The notes below the pieces were generated by a model. The model worked only from the letters and a program-made list of their open reading frames with translations. It had not been told where the DNA came from and made no database searches. The position numbers were made by a program, and so were the translations under genes. Positions 38,100-51,800 of a DNA stretch of 64,000 bases are shown here, one piece after another. Location of the stretch: NCBI GenBank assembly GCA_964016885.1, contig OZ024740.1:138198001-138262000 (forward strand), in the 5' to 3' direction. Positions within the stretch are counted from its first letter, which is position 1; every line of letters begins with the position of its first letter. Source of the DNA: Eledone cirrhosa. Its lineage: Eukaryota.

Positions 38100-41000
38100 T
38101 CTCAATCTCCAATTCTCTCTTTCTCTTATCACTTTTCTCTCAATCTCCAATTCTCTCTTTCTCTTATCACTTTTCTCTCAATCTCCAATTCTCCCTTTCT
38201 CTTATCACTTTTCTCTCAATCTCCAATTCTCTCTTTTTCTTATCACTTTTCTCTCAATCTCTAATTCTCTCTGTTTCTTATCACTTTTCTCTCAATCTCA
38301 TATTCTCTCTTTCTCTTATTACTTTTCTCTCAATCTCCAATTCTCTCTCTCTCTTATCACTTTCTCTCTCAATCTCCAATTCTCTCTTTCTCTTATCACT
38401 TTTCTCTCAATATCCAATTCTCTCTCTCTCTTATCACTTTTCTCTCAATCTCCAATTCTCTCTTTCTCTTATCACTTTTCTCCCAATCTCCAATTCTCTC
38501 TGTTTCTTATCACTTTTCTCTCAATATCCAATTCTCTCTTTCTCTTATCACTTTTCTCTCAATCTCCAATTCTCTCTTTCTCTTATCACTTTTCTCTCAA
38601 TCTCCAATTCTCTCTTTCTCTTATCACTTTTCTCTCAATCACCAATTCTCTCTGTCTCTGATCACTTTTCACTCAATCTCCAATTCTCTCTTTCTCTTAT
38701 CACTTTTCTCTCAATCTCCAATTCTCTCTTACTCTTATCACTTTTCTCTCAATCTCCAATTCTCTCTTTCTCTCATCACTTTTCTCTCAATCTCCAATTC
38801 TCTTTTTCTCTTATCACTTTTCTCTCAATTTCCAATTCTCTCTTTCTCTTATCAATTTTCTCTCAATCTCCAATCCTCTCTTTCTCTTATCACTTTTCTC
38901 TCAATGTCCAATTCTCTCTGTTTCTTATCACTTTTCTCTCAATCTCCAATTCTCTCTTTCTCTTATCACTTTTCTCTCAATCTCCAATTCTCTTTTTCTC
39001 TTATCATTTTTTCTCTCAATCACCAATTCTCTCTTTCTCTTATCACTTTTCTCTCAATCTCCAATTCTCTCTTTCTCTTATCACTTTTCTCTCAATCTCC
39101 AATTCTCCCTTTCTCTTATCACTTTTCTCATAATCTCCAATTCTCTCTTTTTCTTATCACTTTTCTCTCAATCTCTAATTCTCTCTGTTTCTTATCACTT
39201 TTCCCCCAATCTCCAATTCTCTCTTTCTCTTATCACTTTTCTCTCAATCTCCAATTCTCTCTTTCTCTTATCACTTTTCTCCCAATCTCCAATTCTCTCT
39301 GTTTCTTATCACTTTTCTCTCAATCTCCAATTCTCTCTTTCTCTGATCACTTTTCTCTCAATCTCCAATTCTCTCTCTCTCTTATCACTTTTCTCTCAAT
39401 CTCCAATTCTCTCTTTCTCTTATCACTTTTCTCCCAATCTCCAATTCTCTCTGTTTCTTATCACTTTTCTCTCAATCTACAATTCTCTCTTTCTCTTATC
39501 ACTTTTCTCTCAATCTCCAATTCTCTATTTCTCTTATCACTTTTCTCTCAATCTCCAATTCTCTCTCTCTCTTATCACTTTCTCTCTCAATCTCCAATTC
39601 TCTCTTTTTCCTATCACTTTTCCCTCAATCTCCAATTCTCTCTTTCTCTTATCACTTTTCCCCCAATCTCCAATTCTCTCTTTCTCTTATCACTTTTCTC
39701 TCAATCTCCAATTCTCTCTTTCTCTTATCACTTTTCTCCCAATCTCCAATTCTCTCTGTTTCTTATCACTTTTCTCTCAATCTCCAATTCTCTCTCTCTC
39801 TTATCACTTTCTCTCTCAATCTCCAATTCTCTCTTTCTCTTATCAATTTTCTCTCAATCTCCAATCCTCTCTTTCTCTTATCACTTTTCTCTCAATGTCC
39901 AATTCTCTCTGTTTCTTATCACTTTTCTCTCAATCTCCAATTCTCTCTTTCTCTTATCACTTTTCTCTCAATCTCCAATTCTCTTTTTCTCTTATCATTT
40001 TTTCTCTCAATCACCAATTCTCTCTTTCTCTTATCACTTTTCTCTCAATCTCCAATTCTCTCTTTCTCTTATCACTTTTCTCTCAATCTCCAATTCTCCC
40101 TTTCTCTTATCACTTTTCTCATAATCTCCAATTCTCTCTTTTTCTTATCACTTTTCTCTCAATCTCTAATTCTCTCTGTTTCTTATCACTTTTCCCCCAA
40201 TCTCCAATTCTCTCTTTCTCTTATCACTTTTCTCTCAATCTCCAATTCTCTCTTTCTCTTATCACTTTTCTCCCAATCTCCAATTCTCTATGTTTCTTAT
40301 CACTTTTCTCTCAATCTCCAATTCTCTCTTTCTCTGATCACTTTTCTCTCAATCTCCAATTCTCTCTCTCTCTTATCACTTTTCTCTCAATCTCCAATTC
40401 TCTCTTTCTCTTATCACTTTTCTCCCAATCTCCAATTCTCTCTGTTTCTTATCACTTTTCTCTCAATCTACAATTCTCTCTTTCTCTTATCACTTTTCTC
40501 TCAATCTCCAATTCTCTATTTCTCTTATCACTTTTCTCTCAATCTCCAATTCTCTCTCTCTCTTATCACTTTCTCTCTCAATCTCCAATTCTCTCTTTTT
40601 CCTATCACTTTTCCCTCAATCTCCAATTCTCTCTTTCTCTTATCACTTTTCCCCCAATCTCCAATTCTCTCTTTCTCTTATCACTTTTCTCTCAATCTCC
40701 AATTCTCTCTTTCTCTTATCACTTTTCTCCCAATCTCCAATTCTCTCTGTTTCTTATCACTTTTCTCTCAATCTCCAATTCTCTCTCTCTCTTATCACTT
40801 TCTCTCTCAATCTCCAATTCTCTCTTTTTCTTATCACTTTTCCCTCAATCTCCAATTCTCTCTTTCTCTTATCACTTTTCTCTCAATCTCCAATTCTCTC
40901 TTTCTCTTATCACTTTTCTCTCAATCTCCAATTCTCTCTTTCTCTTATCACTTTTCTCTCAATCTCCAATCCTCTCTTTCTCTTATCACTTTTCTCTCAA

Positions 41001-44000
41001 TGACCAATTCTCTCTGTTTCTTATCACTTTTCTCTCAATCTCCAATTCTCTCTTTCTCTTATCACTTTTCTCTCAATCTCCAATTCTCTCTTTCTCTTAT
41101 CACTTTTCCCTCAATCTCCAATTCTCTCTTTCTCTTATCACTTTTCTCTCAATCTCCAATTCTCTCTTTCTCTTATGACTTTTCTCTCAATCACCAATTC
41201 TCTCTGTCTCTGATCACTTTTCACTCAATCTCCAATTCTCTCTTTCTCTTATCACTTTTCTCTCAATCTCCAATTCTCTCTTACTCTTATCACTTTTCTC
41301 TCAATCTCCAATTCTCTCTTACTCTTATCACTTTTCTCTCAATCTCCAATTCTCTTTTTCTCTTATCACTTTTCTCTCAATGTCCAATTCTCTCTGTTTC
41401 TCATCACTTTTCTCTCAATCTCCAATTCTCTCTTTCTCTTATCACTTTTCTCTCAATCTCCAATTCTCTTTTTCTCTTATCACTTTTCTCTCAATCTCCA
41501 ATTCTCTCTGTTTCTTATCACTTTTCTCTCAATCTCCAATTCTCTCTTTCTCTTATCACTTTTCTCCCAATCTCCAATTCTCTCTGTTTCTTATCACTTT
41601 TCTCTCAATCCCCAATTCTCTCTTTCTCTTATCACTTTTCTCTCAATATCCAATTCTCTCTTTCTCTTATCACTTTTCTCTCAATCTCCAATTCTCTCTT
41701 TCTCTTATCACTTTTCTCCCAATCTCCAATTCTCTCTGTTTCTTATCACTTTTCTCTCAATCTCCAATTCTCTCTTTCTCTTATCACTTTTCTCTCAATC
41801 TCCAATTCTCTCTTTCTCTTATCACTTTTCTCTCAATCTCCAATTCTCTCTTTCTCTTATCACTTTTCTCTCAATCTCCAATTCTCTCTTTCTCTTATCA
41901 CTTTTCTCTCAATCTCCAATTCTCTCTTTCTCTTATCACTTTTCTCTCAATCTCCAATTCTCTCTTTCTCTTATCACTTTTCTCTCAATCTCTAATTCTC
42001 TCTTTCTCTTATCACTTTTCTCTCAATCTCCAATTCTCTCTTTCTCTTATCGATTTTCTCTCAATCTCCAATTCTCTCTTTCTCTTATCACTTTTCTCTC
42101 AATCTCCAATTCTCTCTTTCTCTTATCACTTTTCTCTCAATCTCCAATTCTCTCTTTCTCTTATCACTTTTCTCTCAATCTCCAATTCTCCCTTTCTCTT
42201 ATCACTTTTCTCTCAATCTCCAATTCTCTCTTTTTCTTATCACTTTTCTCTCAATCTCTAATTCTCTCTGTTTCTTATCACTTTTCTCTCAATCTCATAT
42301 TCTCTCTTTCTCTTATTACTTTTCTCTCAATCTCCAATTCTCTCTCTCTCTTATCACTTTCTCTCTCAATCTCCAATTCTCTCTTTCTCTTATCACTTTT
42401 CTCTCAATATCCAATTCTCTCTCTCTCTTATCACTTTTCTCTCAATCTCCAATTCTCTCTTTCTCTTATCACTTTTCTCCCAATCTCCAATTCTCTCTGT
42501 TTCTTATCACTTTTCTCTCAATATCCAATTCTCTCTTTCTCTTATCACTTTTCTCTCAATCTCCAATTCTCTCTTTCTCTTATCACTTTTCTCTCAATCT
42601 CCAATTCTCTCTTTCTCTTATCACTTTTCTCTCAATCACCAATTCTCTCTGTCTCTGATCACTTTTCACTCAATCTCCAATTCTCTCTTTCTCTTATCAC
42701 TTTTCTCTCAATCTCCAATTCTCTCTTACTCTTATCACTTTTCTCTCAATCTCCAATTCTCTCTTTCTCTCATCACTTTTCTCTCAATCTCCAATTCTCT
42801 TTTTCTCTTATCACTTTTCTCTCAATTTCCAATTCTCTCTTTCTCTTATCAATTTTCTCTCAATCTCCAATCCTCTCTTTCTCTTATCACTTTTCTCTCA
42901 ATGTCCAATTCTCTCTGTTTCTTATCACTTTTCTCTCAATCTCCAATTCTCTCTTTCTCTTATCACTTTTCTCTCAATCTCCAATTCTCTTTTTCTCTTA
43001 TCATTTTTTCTCTCAATCACCAATTCTCTCTTTCTCTTATCACTTTTCTCTCAATCTCCAATTCTCTCTTTCTCTTATCACTTTTCTCTCAATCTCCAAT
43101 TCTCCCTTTCTCTTATCACTTTTCTCATAATCTCCAATTCTCTCTTTTTCTTATCACTTTTCTCTCAATCTCTAATTCTCTCTGTTTCTTATCACTTTTC
43201 CCCCAATCTCCAATTCTCTCTTTCTCTTATCACTTTTCTCTCAATCTCCAATTCTCTCTTTCTCTTATCACTTTTCTCCCAATCTCCAATTCTCTCTGTT
43301 TCTTATCACTTTTCTCTCAATCTCCAATTCTCTCTTTCTCTGATCACTTTTCTCTCAATCTCCAATTCTCTCTCTCTCTTATCACTTTTCTCTCAATCTC
43401 CAATTCTCTCTTTCTCTTATCACTTTTCTCCCAATCTCCAATTCTCTCTGTTTCTTATCACTTTTCTCTCAATCTACAATTCTCTCTTTCTCTTATCACT
43501 TTTCTCTCAATCTCCAATTCTCTATTTCTCTTATCACTTTTCTCTCAATCTCCAATTCTCTCTCTCTCTTATCACTTTCTCTCTCAATCTCCAATTCTCT
43601 CTTTTTCCTATCACTTTTCCCTCAATCTCCAATTCTCTCTTTCTCTTATCACTTTTCCCCCAATCTCCAATTCTCTCTTTCTCTTATCACTTTTCTCTCA
43701 ATCTCCAATTCTCTCTTTCTCTTATCACTTTTCTCCCAATCTCCAATTCTCTCTGTTTCTTATCACTTTTCTCTCAATCTCCAATTCTCTCTCTCTCTTA
43801 TCACTTTCTCTCTCAATCTCCAATTCTCTCTTTTTCTTATCACTTTTCCCTCAATCTCCAATTCTCTCTTTCTCTTATCACTTTTCTCTCAATCTCCAAT
43901 TCTCTCTTTCTCTTATCACTTTTCTCTCAATCTCCAATCCTCTCTTTCTCTTATCACTTTTCTCTCAATGTCCAATTCTCTCTGTTTCTTATCACTTTTC

Positions 44001-47000
44001 TCTCAATCTCCAATTCTCTCTTTCTCTTATCACTTTTCTCTCAATCTCCAATTCTCTCTTTCTCTTATCACTTTTCCCTCAATCTCCAATTCTCTCTTTC
44101 TCTTATCACTTTTCTCTCAATCTCCAATTCTCTCTTTCTCTTATGACTTTTCTCTCAATCACCAATTCTCTCTTTCTCTTATCACTTTTCTCTCAATCTC
44201 CAATTCTCTCTTTCTCTTATCACTTTTCTCTCAATCTCCAATTCTCTCTTTCTCTTATCACTTTTCTCTCAATCTCCAATCCTCTCTTTCTCTTATCACT
44301 TTTCTCTCAATGTCCAATTCTCTCTGTTTCTTATCACTTTTCTCTCAATCTCCAATTCTCTCTTTCTCTTATCACTTTTCTCTCAATCTCCAATTCTCTC
44401 TTTCTCTTATTACTTTTCTCTCAATCTCCAATTCTCTCTTTCTCATATCACTTTTCTCTCAATCTCCAATTCTCTCTTTCTCTTATCACTTTTCTCTCAA
44501 TCTCCAATTCTCTCTTTCTCTTATCACTTTTCTCTCAATCTCTAATTCTCTCTTTCTCTTATCACTTTTCTCTCAATCTCCAATTCTCTCTTTCTCTTAT
44601 CACTTTTCTCTCAATCTCCAATTCTCTCTTTCTCTTATCACTTTTCTCTCAATCTCCAATTCTCTCTTTCTCTTATCACTTTTCTCTCAATCTCCAATTC
44701 TCTCTTTCTCTTATCACTTTTCTCTCAATCTCCAATTCTCCCTTTCTCTTATCACTTTTCTCTCAATCTCCAATTCTCTCTTTTTCTTATCACTTTTCTC
44801 TCAATCTCTAATTCTCTCTGTTTCTTATCACTTTTCTCTCAATCTCATATTCTCTCTTTCTCTTATTACTTTTCTCTCAATCTCCAATTCTCTCTCTCTC
44901 TTATCACTTTCTCTCTCAATCTCCAATTCTCTCTTTCTCTTATCACTTTTCTCTCAATATCCAATTCTCTCTCTCTCTTATCACTTTTCTCTCAATCTCC
45001 AATTCTCTCTTTCTCTTATCACTTTTCTCCCAATCTCCAATTCTCTCTGTTTCTTATCACTTTTCTCTCAATATCCAATTCTCTCTTTCTCTTATCACTT
45101 TTCTCTCAATCTCCAATTCTCTCTTTCTCTTATCACTTTTCTCTCAATCTCCAATTCTCTCTTTCTCTTATCACTTTTCTCTCAATCACCAATTCTCTCT
45201 GTCTCTGATCACTTTTCACTCAATCTCCAATTCTCTCTTTCTCTTATCACTTTTCTCTCAATCTCCAATTCTCTCTTACTCTTATCACTTTTCTCTCAAT
45301 CTCCAATTCTCTCTTTCTCTCATCACTTTTCTCTCAATCTCCAATTCTCTTTTTCTCTTATCACTTTTCTCTCAATTTCCAATTCTCTCTTTCTCTTATC
45401 AATTTTCTCTCAATCTCCAATCCTCTCTTTCTCTTATCACTTTTCTCTCAATGTCCAATTCTCTCTGTTTCTTATCACTTTTCTCTCAATCTCCAATTCT
45501 CTCTTTCTCTTATCACTTTTCTCTCAATCTCCAATTTTCTTTTTCTCTTATCATTTTTTCTCTCAATCACCAATTCTCTCTTTCTCTTATCACTTTTCTC
45601 TCAATCTCCAATTCTCTCTTTCTCTTATCACTTTTCTCTCAATCTCCAATTCTCCCTTTCTCTTATCACTTTTCTCATAATCTCCAATTCTCTCTTTTTC
45701 TTATCACTTTTCTCTCAATCTCTAATTCTCTCTGTTTCTTATCACTTTTCCCCCAATCTCCAATTCTCTCTTTCTCTTATCACTTTTCTCTCAATCTCCA
45801 ATTCTCTCTTTCTCTTATCACTTTTCTCCCAATCTCCAATTCTCTCTGTTTCTTATCACTTTTCTCTCAATCTCCAATTCTCTCTTTCTCTGATCACTTT
45901 TCTCTCAATCTCCAATTCTCTCTCTCTCTTATCACTTTTCTCTCAATCTCCAATTCTCTCTTTCTCTTATCACTTTTCTCCCAATCTCCAATTCTCTCTG
46001 TTTCTTATCACTTTTCTCTCAATCTACAATTCTCTCTTTCTCTTATCACTTTTCTCTCAATCTCCAATTCTCTATTTCTCTTATCACTTTTCTCTCAATC
46101 TCCAATTCTCTCTCTCTCTTATCACTTTCTCTCTCAATCTCCAATTCTCTCTTTTTCCTATCACTTTTCCCTCAATCTCCAATTCTCTCTTTCTCTTATC
46201 ACTTTTCCCCCAATCTCCAATTCTCTCTTTCTCTTATCACTTTTCTCTCAATCTCCAATTCTCTCTTTCTCTTATCACTTTTCTCCCAATCTCCAATTCT
46301 CTCTGTTTCTTATCACTTTTCTCTCAATCTCCAATTCTCTCTCTCTCTTATCACTTTCTCTCTCAATCTCCAATTCTCTCTTTTTCTTATCACTTTTCCC
46401 TCAATCTCCAATTCTCTCTTTCTCTTATCACTTTTCTCTCAATCTCCAATTCTCTCTTTCTCTTATCACTTTTCTCTCAATCTCCAATTCTCTCTTTCTC
46501 TTATCACTTTTCTCTCAATCTCCAATCCTCTCTTTCTCTTATCACTTTTCTCTCAATGACCAATTCTCTCTGTTTCTTATCACTTTTCTCTCAATCTCCA
46601 ATTCTCTCTTTCTCTTATCACTTTTCTCTCAATCTCCAATTCTCTCTTTCTCTTATCACTTTTCCCTCAATCTCCAATTCTCTCTTTCTCTTATCACTTT
46701 TCTCTCAATCTCCAATTCTCTCTTTCTCTTATGACTTTTCTCTCAATCACCAATTCTCTCTGTCTCTGATCACTTTTCACTCAATCTCCAATTCTCTCTT
46801 TCTCTTATCACTTTTCTCTCAATCTCCAATTCTCTCTTACTCTTATCACTTTTCTCTCAATCTCCAATTCTCTCTTACTCTTATCACTTTTCTCTCAATC
46901 TCCAATTCTCTTTTTCTCTTATCACTTTTCTCTCAATGTCCAATTCTCTCTGTTTCTCATCACTTTTCTCTCAATCTCCAATTCTCTCTTTCTCTTATCA

Positions 47001-48800
47001 CTTTTCTCTCAATCTCCAATTCTCTTTTTCTCTTATCACTTTTCTCTCAATCTCCAATTCTCTCTGTTTCTTATCACTTTTCTCTCAATCTCCAATTCTC
47101 TCTTTCTCTTATCACTTTTCTCCCAATCTCCAATTCTCTCTGTTTCTTATCACTTTTCTCTCAATCCCCAATTCTCTCTTTCTCTTATCACTTTTCTCTC
47201 AATATCCAATTCTCTCTTTCTCTTATCACTTTTCTCTCAATCTCCAATTCTCTCTTTCTCTTATCACTTTTCTCCCAATCTCCAATTCTCTCTGTTTCTT
47301 ATCACTTTTCTCTCAATCTCCAATTCTCTCTTTCTCTGATCACTTTTCTCTCAATCTCCAATTCTCTCTCTCTCTTATCACTTTTCTCTCAATCTCCAAT
47401 TCTCTCTTTCTCTTATCACTTTTCTCCCAATCTCCAATTCTCTCTGTTTCTTATCACTTTTCTCTCAATCTACAATTCTCTCTTTCTCTTATCACTTTTC
47501 TCTCAATCTCCAATTCTCTATTTCTCTTATCACTTTTCTCTCAATCTCCAATTCTCTCTCTCTCTTATCACTTTCTCTCTCAATCTCCAATTCTCTCTTT
47601 TTCCTATCACTTTTCCCTCAATCTCCAATTCTCTCTTTCTCTTATCACTTTTCCCCCAATCTCCAATTCTCTCTTTCTCTTATCACTTTTCTCTCAATCT
47701 CCAATTCTCTCTTTCTCTTATCACTTTTCTCCCAATCTCCAATTCTCTCTGTTTCTTATCACTTTTCTCTCAATCTCCAATTTTCTCTCTCTCTTATCAC
47801 TTTCTCTCTCAATCTCCAATTCTCTCTTTTTCTTATCACTTTTCCCTCAATCTCCAATTCTCTCTTTCTCTTATCACTTTTCTCTCAATCTCCAATTCTC
47901 TCTTTCTCTTATCACTTTTCTCTCAATCTCCAATTCTCTCTTTCTCTTATCACTTTTCTCTCAATCTCCAATCCTCTCTTTCTCTTATCACTTTTCTCTC
48001 AATGTCCAATTCTCTCTGTTTCTTATCACTTTTCTCTCAATCTCCAATTCTCTCTTTCTCTTATCACTTTTCTCTCAATCTCCAATTCTCTCTTTCTCTT
48101 ATCACTTTTCCCTCAATCTCCAATTCTCTCTTTCTCTTATCACTTTTCTCTCAATCTCCAATTCTCTCTTTCTCTTATGACTTTTCTCTCAATCACCAAT
48201 TCTCTCTGTCTCTGATCACTTTTCACTCAATCTCCAATTCTCTCTTTCTCTTATCACTTTTCTCTCAATCTCCAATTCTCTCTTACTCTTATCACTTTTC
48301 TCTCAATCTCCAATTCTCTCTTACTCTTATCACTTTTCTCTCAATCTCCAATTCTCTTTTTCTCTTATCACTTTTCTCTCAATGTCCAATTCTCTCTGTT
48401 TCTCATCACTTTTCTCTCAATCTCCAATTCTCTCTTTCTCTTATCACTTTTCTCTCAATCTCCAATTCTCTTTTTCTCTTATCACTTTTCTCTCAATCTC
48501 CAATTCTCTCTGTTTCTTATCACTTTTCTCTCAATCTCCAATTCTCTCTTTCTCTTATCACTTTTCTCCCAATCTCCAATTCTCTCTGTTTCTTATCACT
48601 TTTCTCTCAATCCCCAATTCTCTCTTTCTCTTATCACTTTTCTCTCAATATCCAATTCTCTCTTTCTCTTATCACTTTTCTCTCAATCTCCAATTCTCTC
48701 TTTCTCTTATCACTTTTCTCCCAATCTCCAATTCTCTCTGTTTCTTATCACTTTTCTCTCAATCTCCAATTCTCTCTTTCTCTTATCACTTTTCTCTCAA
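38100..48800. repeat. Nested higher-order duplications (offsets 991, 1446, 2550, 3997, 5556)
   Basis: Private TTCTCATAATC variant at 39130/40121/43127/45677. AATGACC at 41000/46556. ATG variants at 38904/39895/42901/45451 and 41380/46936/48382. Confidence 0.88.
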
Positions 48801-48839
48801 TCTCCAATTCTCTCTTTCTCTTATCACTTTTCTCTCAAT

Positions 48840-51800
48840 CTCCAATTCTCTCTTTCTCTTATCACTTTTCTCTCAATCTCCAATTCTCTCTCTCTCTTAT
48901 CACTTTCTCTCTCAATCTCCAATTCTCTCTTTTTCTTATCACTTTTCCCTCAATCTCCAATTCTCTCTTTCTCTTATCACTTTTCTCTCAATCTCCAATT
49001 CTCTCTTTCTCTTATCACTTTTCTCTCAATCTCCAATTCTCTCTTTCTCTTATCACTTTTCTCTCAATCTCCAATCCTCTCTTTCTCTTATCACTTTTCT
49101 CTCAATGTCCAATTCTCTCTGTTTCTTATCACTTTTCTCTCAATCTCCAATTCTCTCTTTCTCTTATCACTTTTCTCTCAATCTCCAATTCTCTCTTTCT
49201 CTTATCACTTTTCTCTCAATCTCCAATTCTCTCTTTCTCTTATCACTTTTCTCTCAATCTCCAATTCTCTCTCTCTCTTATCACTTTCTCTCTCAATCTC
49301 CAATTCTCTCTTTCTCTTATCACTTTTCTCTCAATATCCAATTCTCTCTCTCTCTTATCACTTTTCTCTCAATCTCCAATTCTCTCTTTCTCTTATCACT
49401 TTTCTCCCAATCTCCAATTCTCTCTGTTTCTTATCACTTTTCTCTCAATCTCCAATTCTCTCTTTCTCTTATGACTTTTCTCTCAATCACCAATTCTCTC
49501 TGTCTCTTATCACTTTTCTCTCAATCACCAATTCTCTCTGACTCTGATAACTTTTCTCTCAATCTCCAAATCTCTCTTTCTCTTATCACTTTTCTCTCAA
49601 TCACCAATTCTCTCTTACTCTTATCAGTTTTCTCTCAATCTCCAATTCTCTCTTTCTCTCATCACTTTTCTCTCAATCTCCAATTCTCTCTTTCTCTTAT
49701 CACTTTTATCTCAATCTCCAATTCTCTCTTTCTCTTATCACTTTTCTCTCAATCTCGAATTCTCTCTTTCTCTTATCACTTTTCTCTCAATCTCCAATTC
49801 TCTCTTTCTCTTATCACTTTTTTCTCAATCTCTAATTCTCTCTTTCTCTTATCACTTTTCTCTCAATCTCCAATTCTCTCTTTCTCTTATCACTTTTCTC
49901 TCAATCTCCAATTCTCTCTTTCTCTTATCACTTTTCTCTCAATCTCTAATTCTCTCTTTCTCTTATCACTTTTCTCTCAATCTCCAATTCTCTCTTTCTC
50001 TTATCACTTTTCTCTCAATCTCCAATTCTCTCTTTCTCTTATCACTTTTTCTCAATCTCCAATTCTCTCTTTCTCTTATCACTTTTCTCTCAATCTCCAA
50101 TTCTCTCTTTCTCTTATCACTTTTCTCTCAATCTCCAATTCTCCCTTTCTCTTATCACTTTTCTCTCAATCTCCAATTCTCTCTTTTTCTTATCACTTTT
50201 CTCTCAATCTCTAATTCTCTCTGTTTCTTATCACTTTTCTCTCAATCTCTAATTCTCTCTTTCTCTTATCACTTTCTCTCTCAATCTCCAATTCTCTCTT
50301 TTTTTTATCACTTTTCCCTCAATCTCCAATTCTCTCTTTCTCTTATCACTTTTCTCTCAATCTCCAATTCTCTCTTTCTCTTATCACTTTTCTCTCAATC
50401 TCCAATTCTCTCTTTCTCTTATCACTTTTCTCTCAATCTCTAATTCTCTCTTTCTCTTATCACTTTCTCTCTCAATCTCCAATTCTCTCTTTTTCTTATC
50501 ACTTTTCCCTCAATCTCCAATTCTCTCTTTCTCTTATCACTTTTCTCTCAATCTCCAATTCTCTCTTTCTCTTATCACTTTTCTCTCAATCTCCAATTCT
50601 CTCTTTCTCTTATCACTTTTCTCTCAATCTCCAATCCTCTCTTTCTCTTATCACTTTTCTCTCAATGTCCAATTCTCTCTGTTTCTTATCACTTTTCTCT
50701 CAATCTCCAATTCTCTCTTTCTCTTATCAGTTTTCTCTCAATCTCCAATTCTCTCTTTCTCTTATAACTTTTCTCTCAATCTCCAATTCTCTCTTTCTCT
50801 TATCACTTTTCTCTCAATCTCCAATTCTCTCTCTCTCTTATCACTTTCTCTCTCAATCTCCAATTCTCTCTATCTCTTATCACTTTTCTCTCAATATCCA
50901 ATTCTCTCTCTCTCTTATCACTTTTCTCTCAATCTCCAATTCTCTCTTTCTCTTATCACTTTTCTCTCAATCTCCAATTCTCCCTTTCTCTTATCACTTT
51001 TCTCTCAATCTCCAATTCTCTCCTTCTCTTATCACTTTTCTCTCAATCTCCAATTCTCTCTTTCTCTTATCACTTTTCTCTCAATCTCCAATTCTCTCTT
51101 TCTCTTATCACTTTTCTCTCAATCTCCAATTCTCTCTTTCTCTTATCACTTTTCTCTCAATCTCCAATTCTCTCTTTCTCTTATCACTTTTCTCTCAATC
51201 TCTAATTCTCTCTTTCTCTTATCACTTTTCTCTCAATCTCCAATTCTCTCTTTCTCTTATCACTTTTCTCTCAATCTCCAATTCTCTCTTTCTCTTATCA
51301 CTTTTCTCTCAATCTCCAATTCTCTCTTTCTCTTATCACTTTTCTCTCAATCTCCAATTCTCTCTTTCTCTTATCACTTTTCTCTCAATCTCCAATTCTC
51401 TCTTTCTCTTATCACTTTTCTCTCAATCTCCAATTCTCTCTTTCTCTTATCACTTTTCTCTCAATCTCCAATTCTCTCTCTCTCTTATCACTTTCTCTCT
51501 CAATCTCCAATTCTCTCTTTTTCCTATCACTTTTCCCTCAATCTCCAATTCTCTCTTTCTCTTATCAGTTTTCTCTCAATCTCCAATTCTCTCTCTCTCA
51601 TATCACTTTTCTCTCAATCTCCAATTTTCTCTTTCTCTTATCACTTTTCTCTCAACCTCCCATTCTCTCTTTCTCTTATGACTTTTCTCTCAATCACCAA
51701 TTCTCTCTTTCTCTTATCACTTTTCTCTCAATCTCCAATTCTCTCTTTCTCTTATCACTTTTCTCTCAATCTCCAATTCACTCTTTCTCTTATCACTTTT

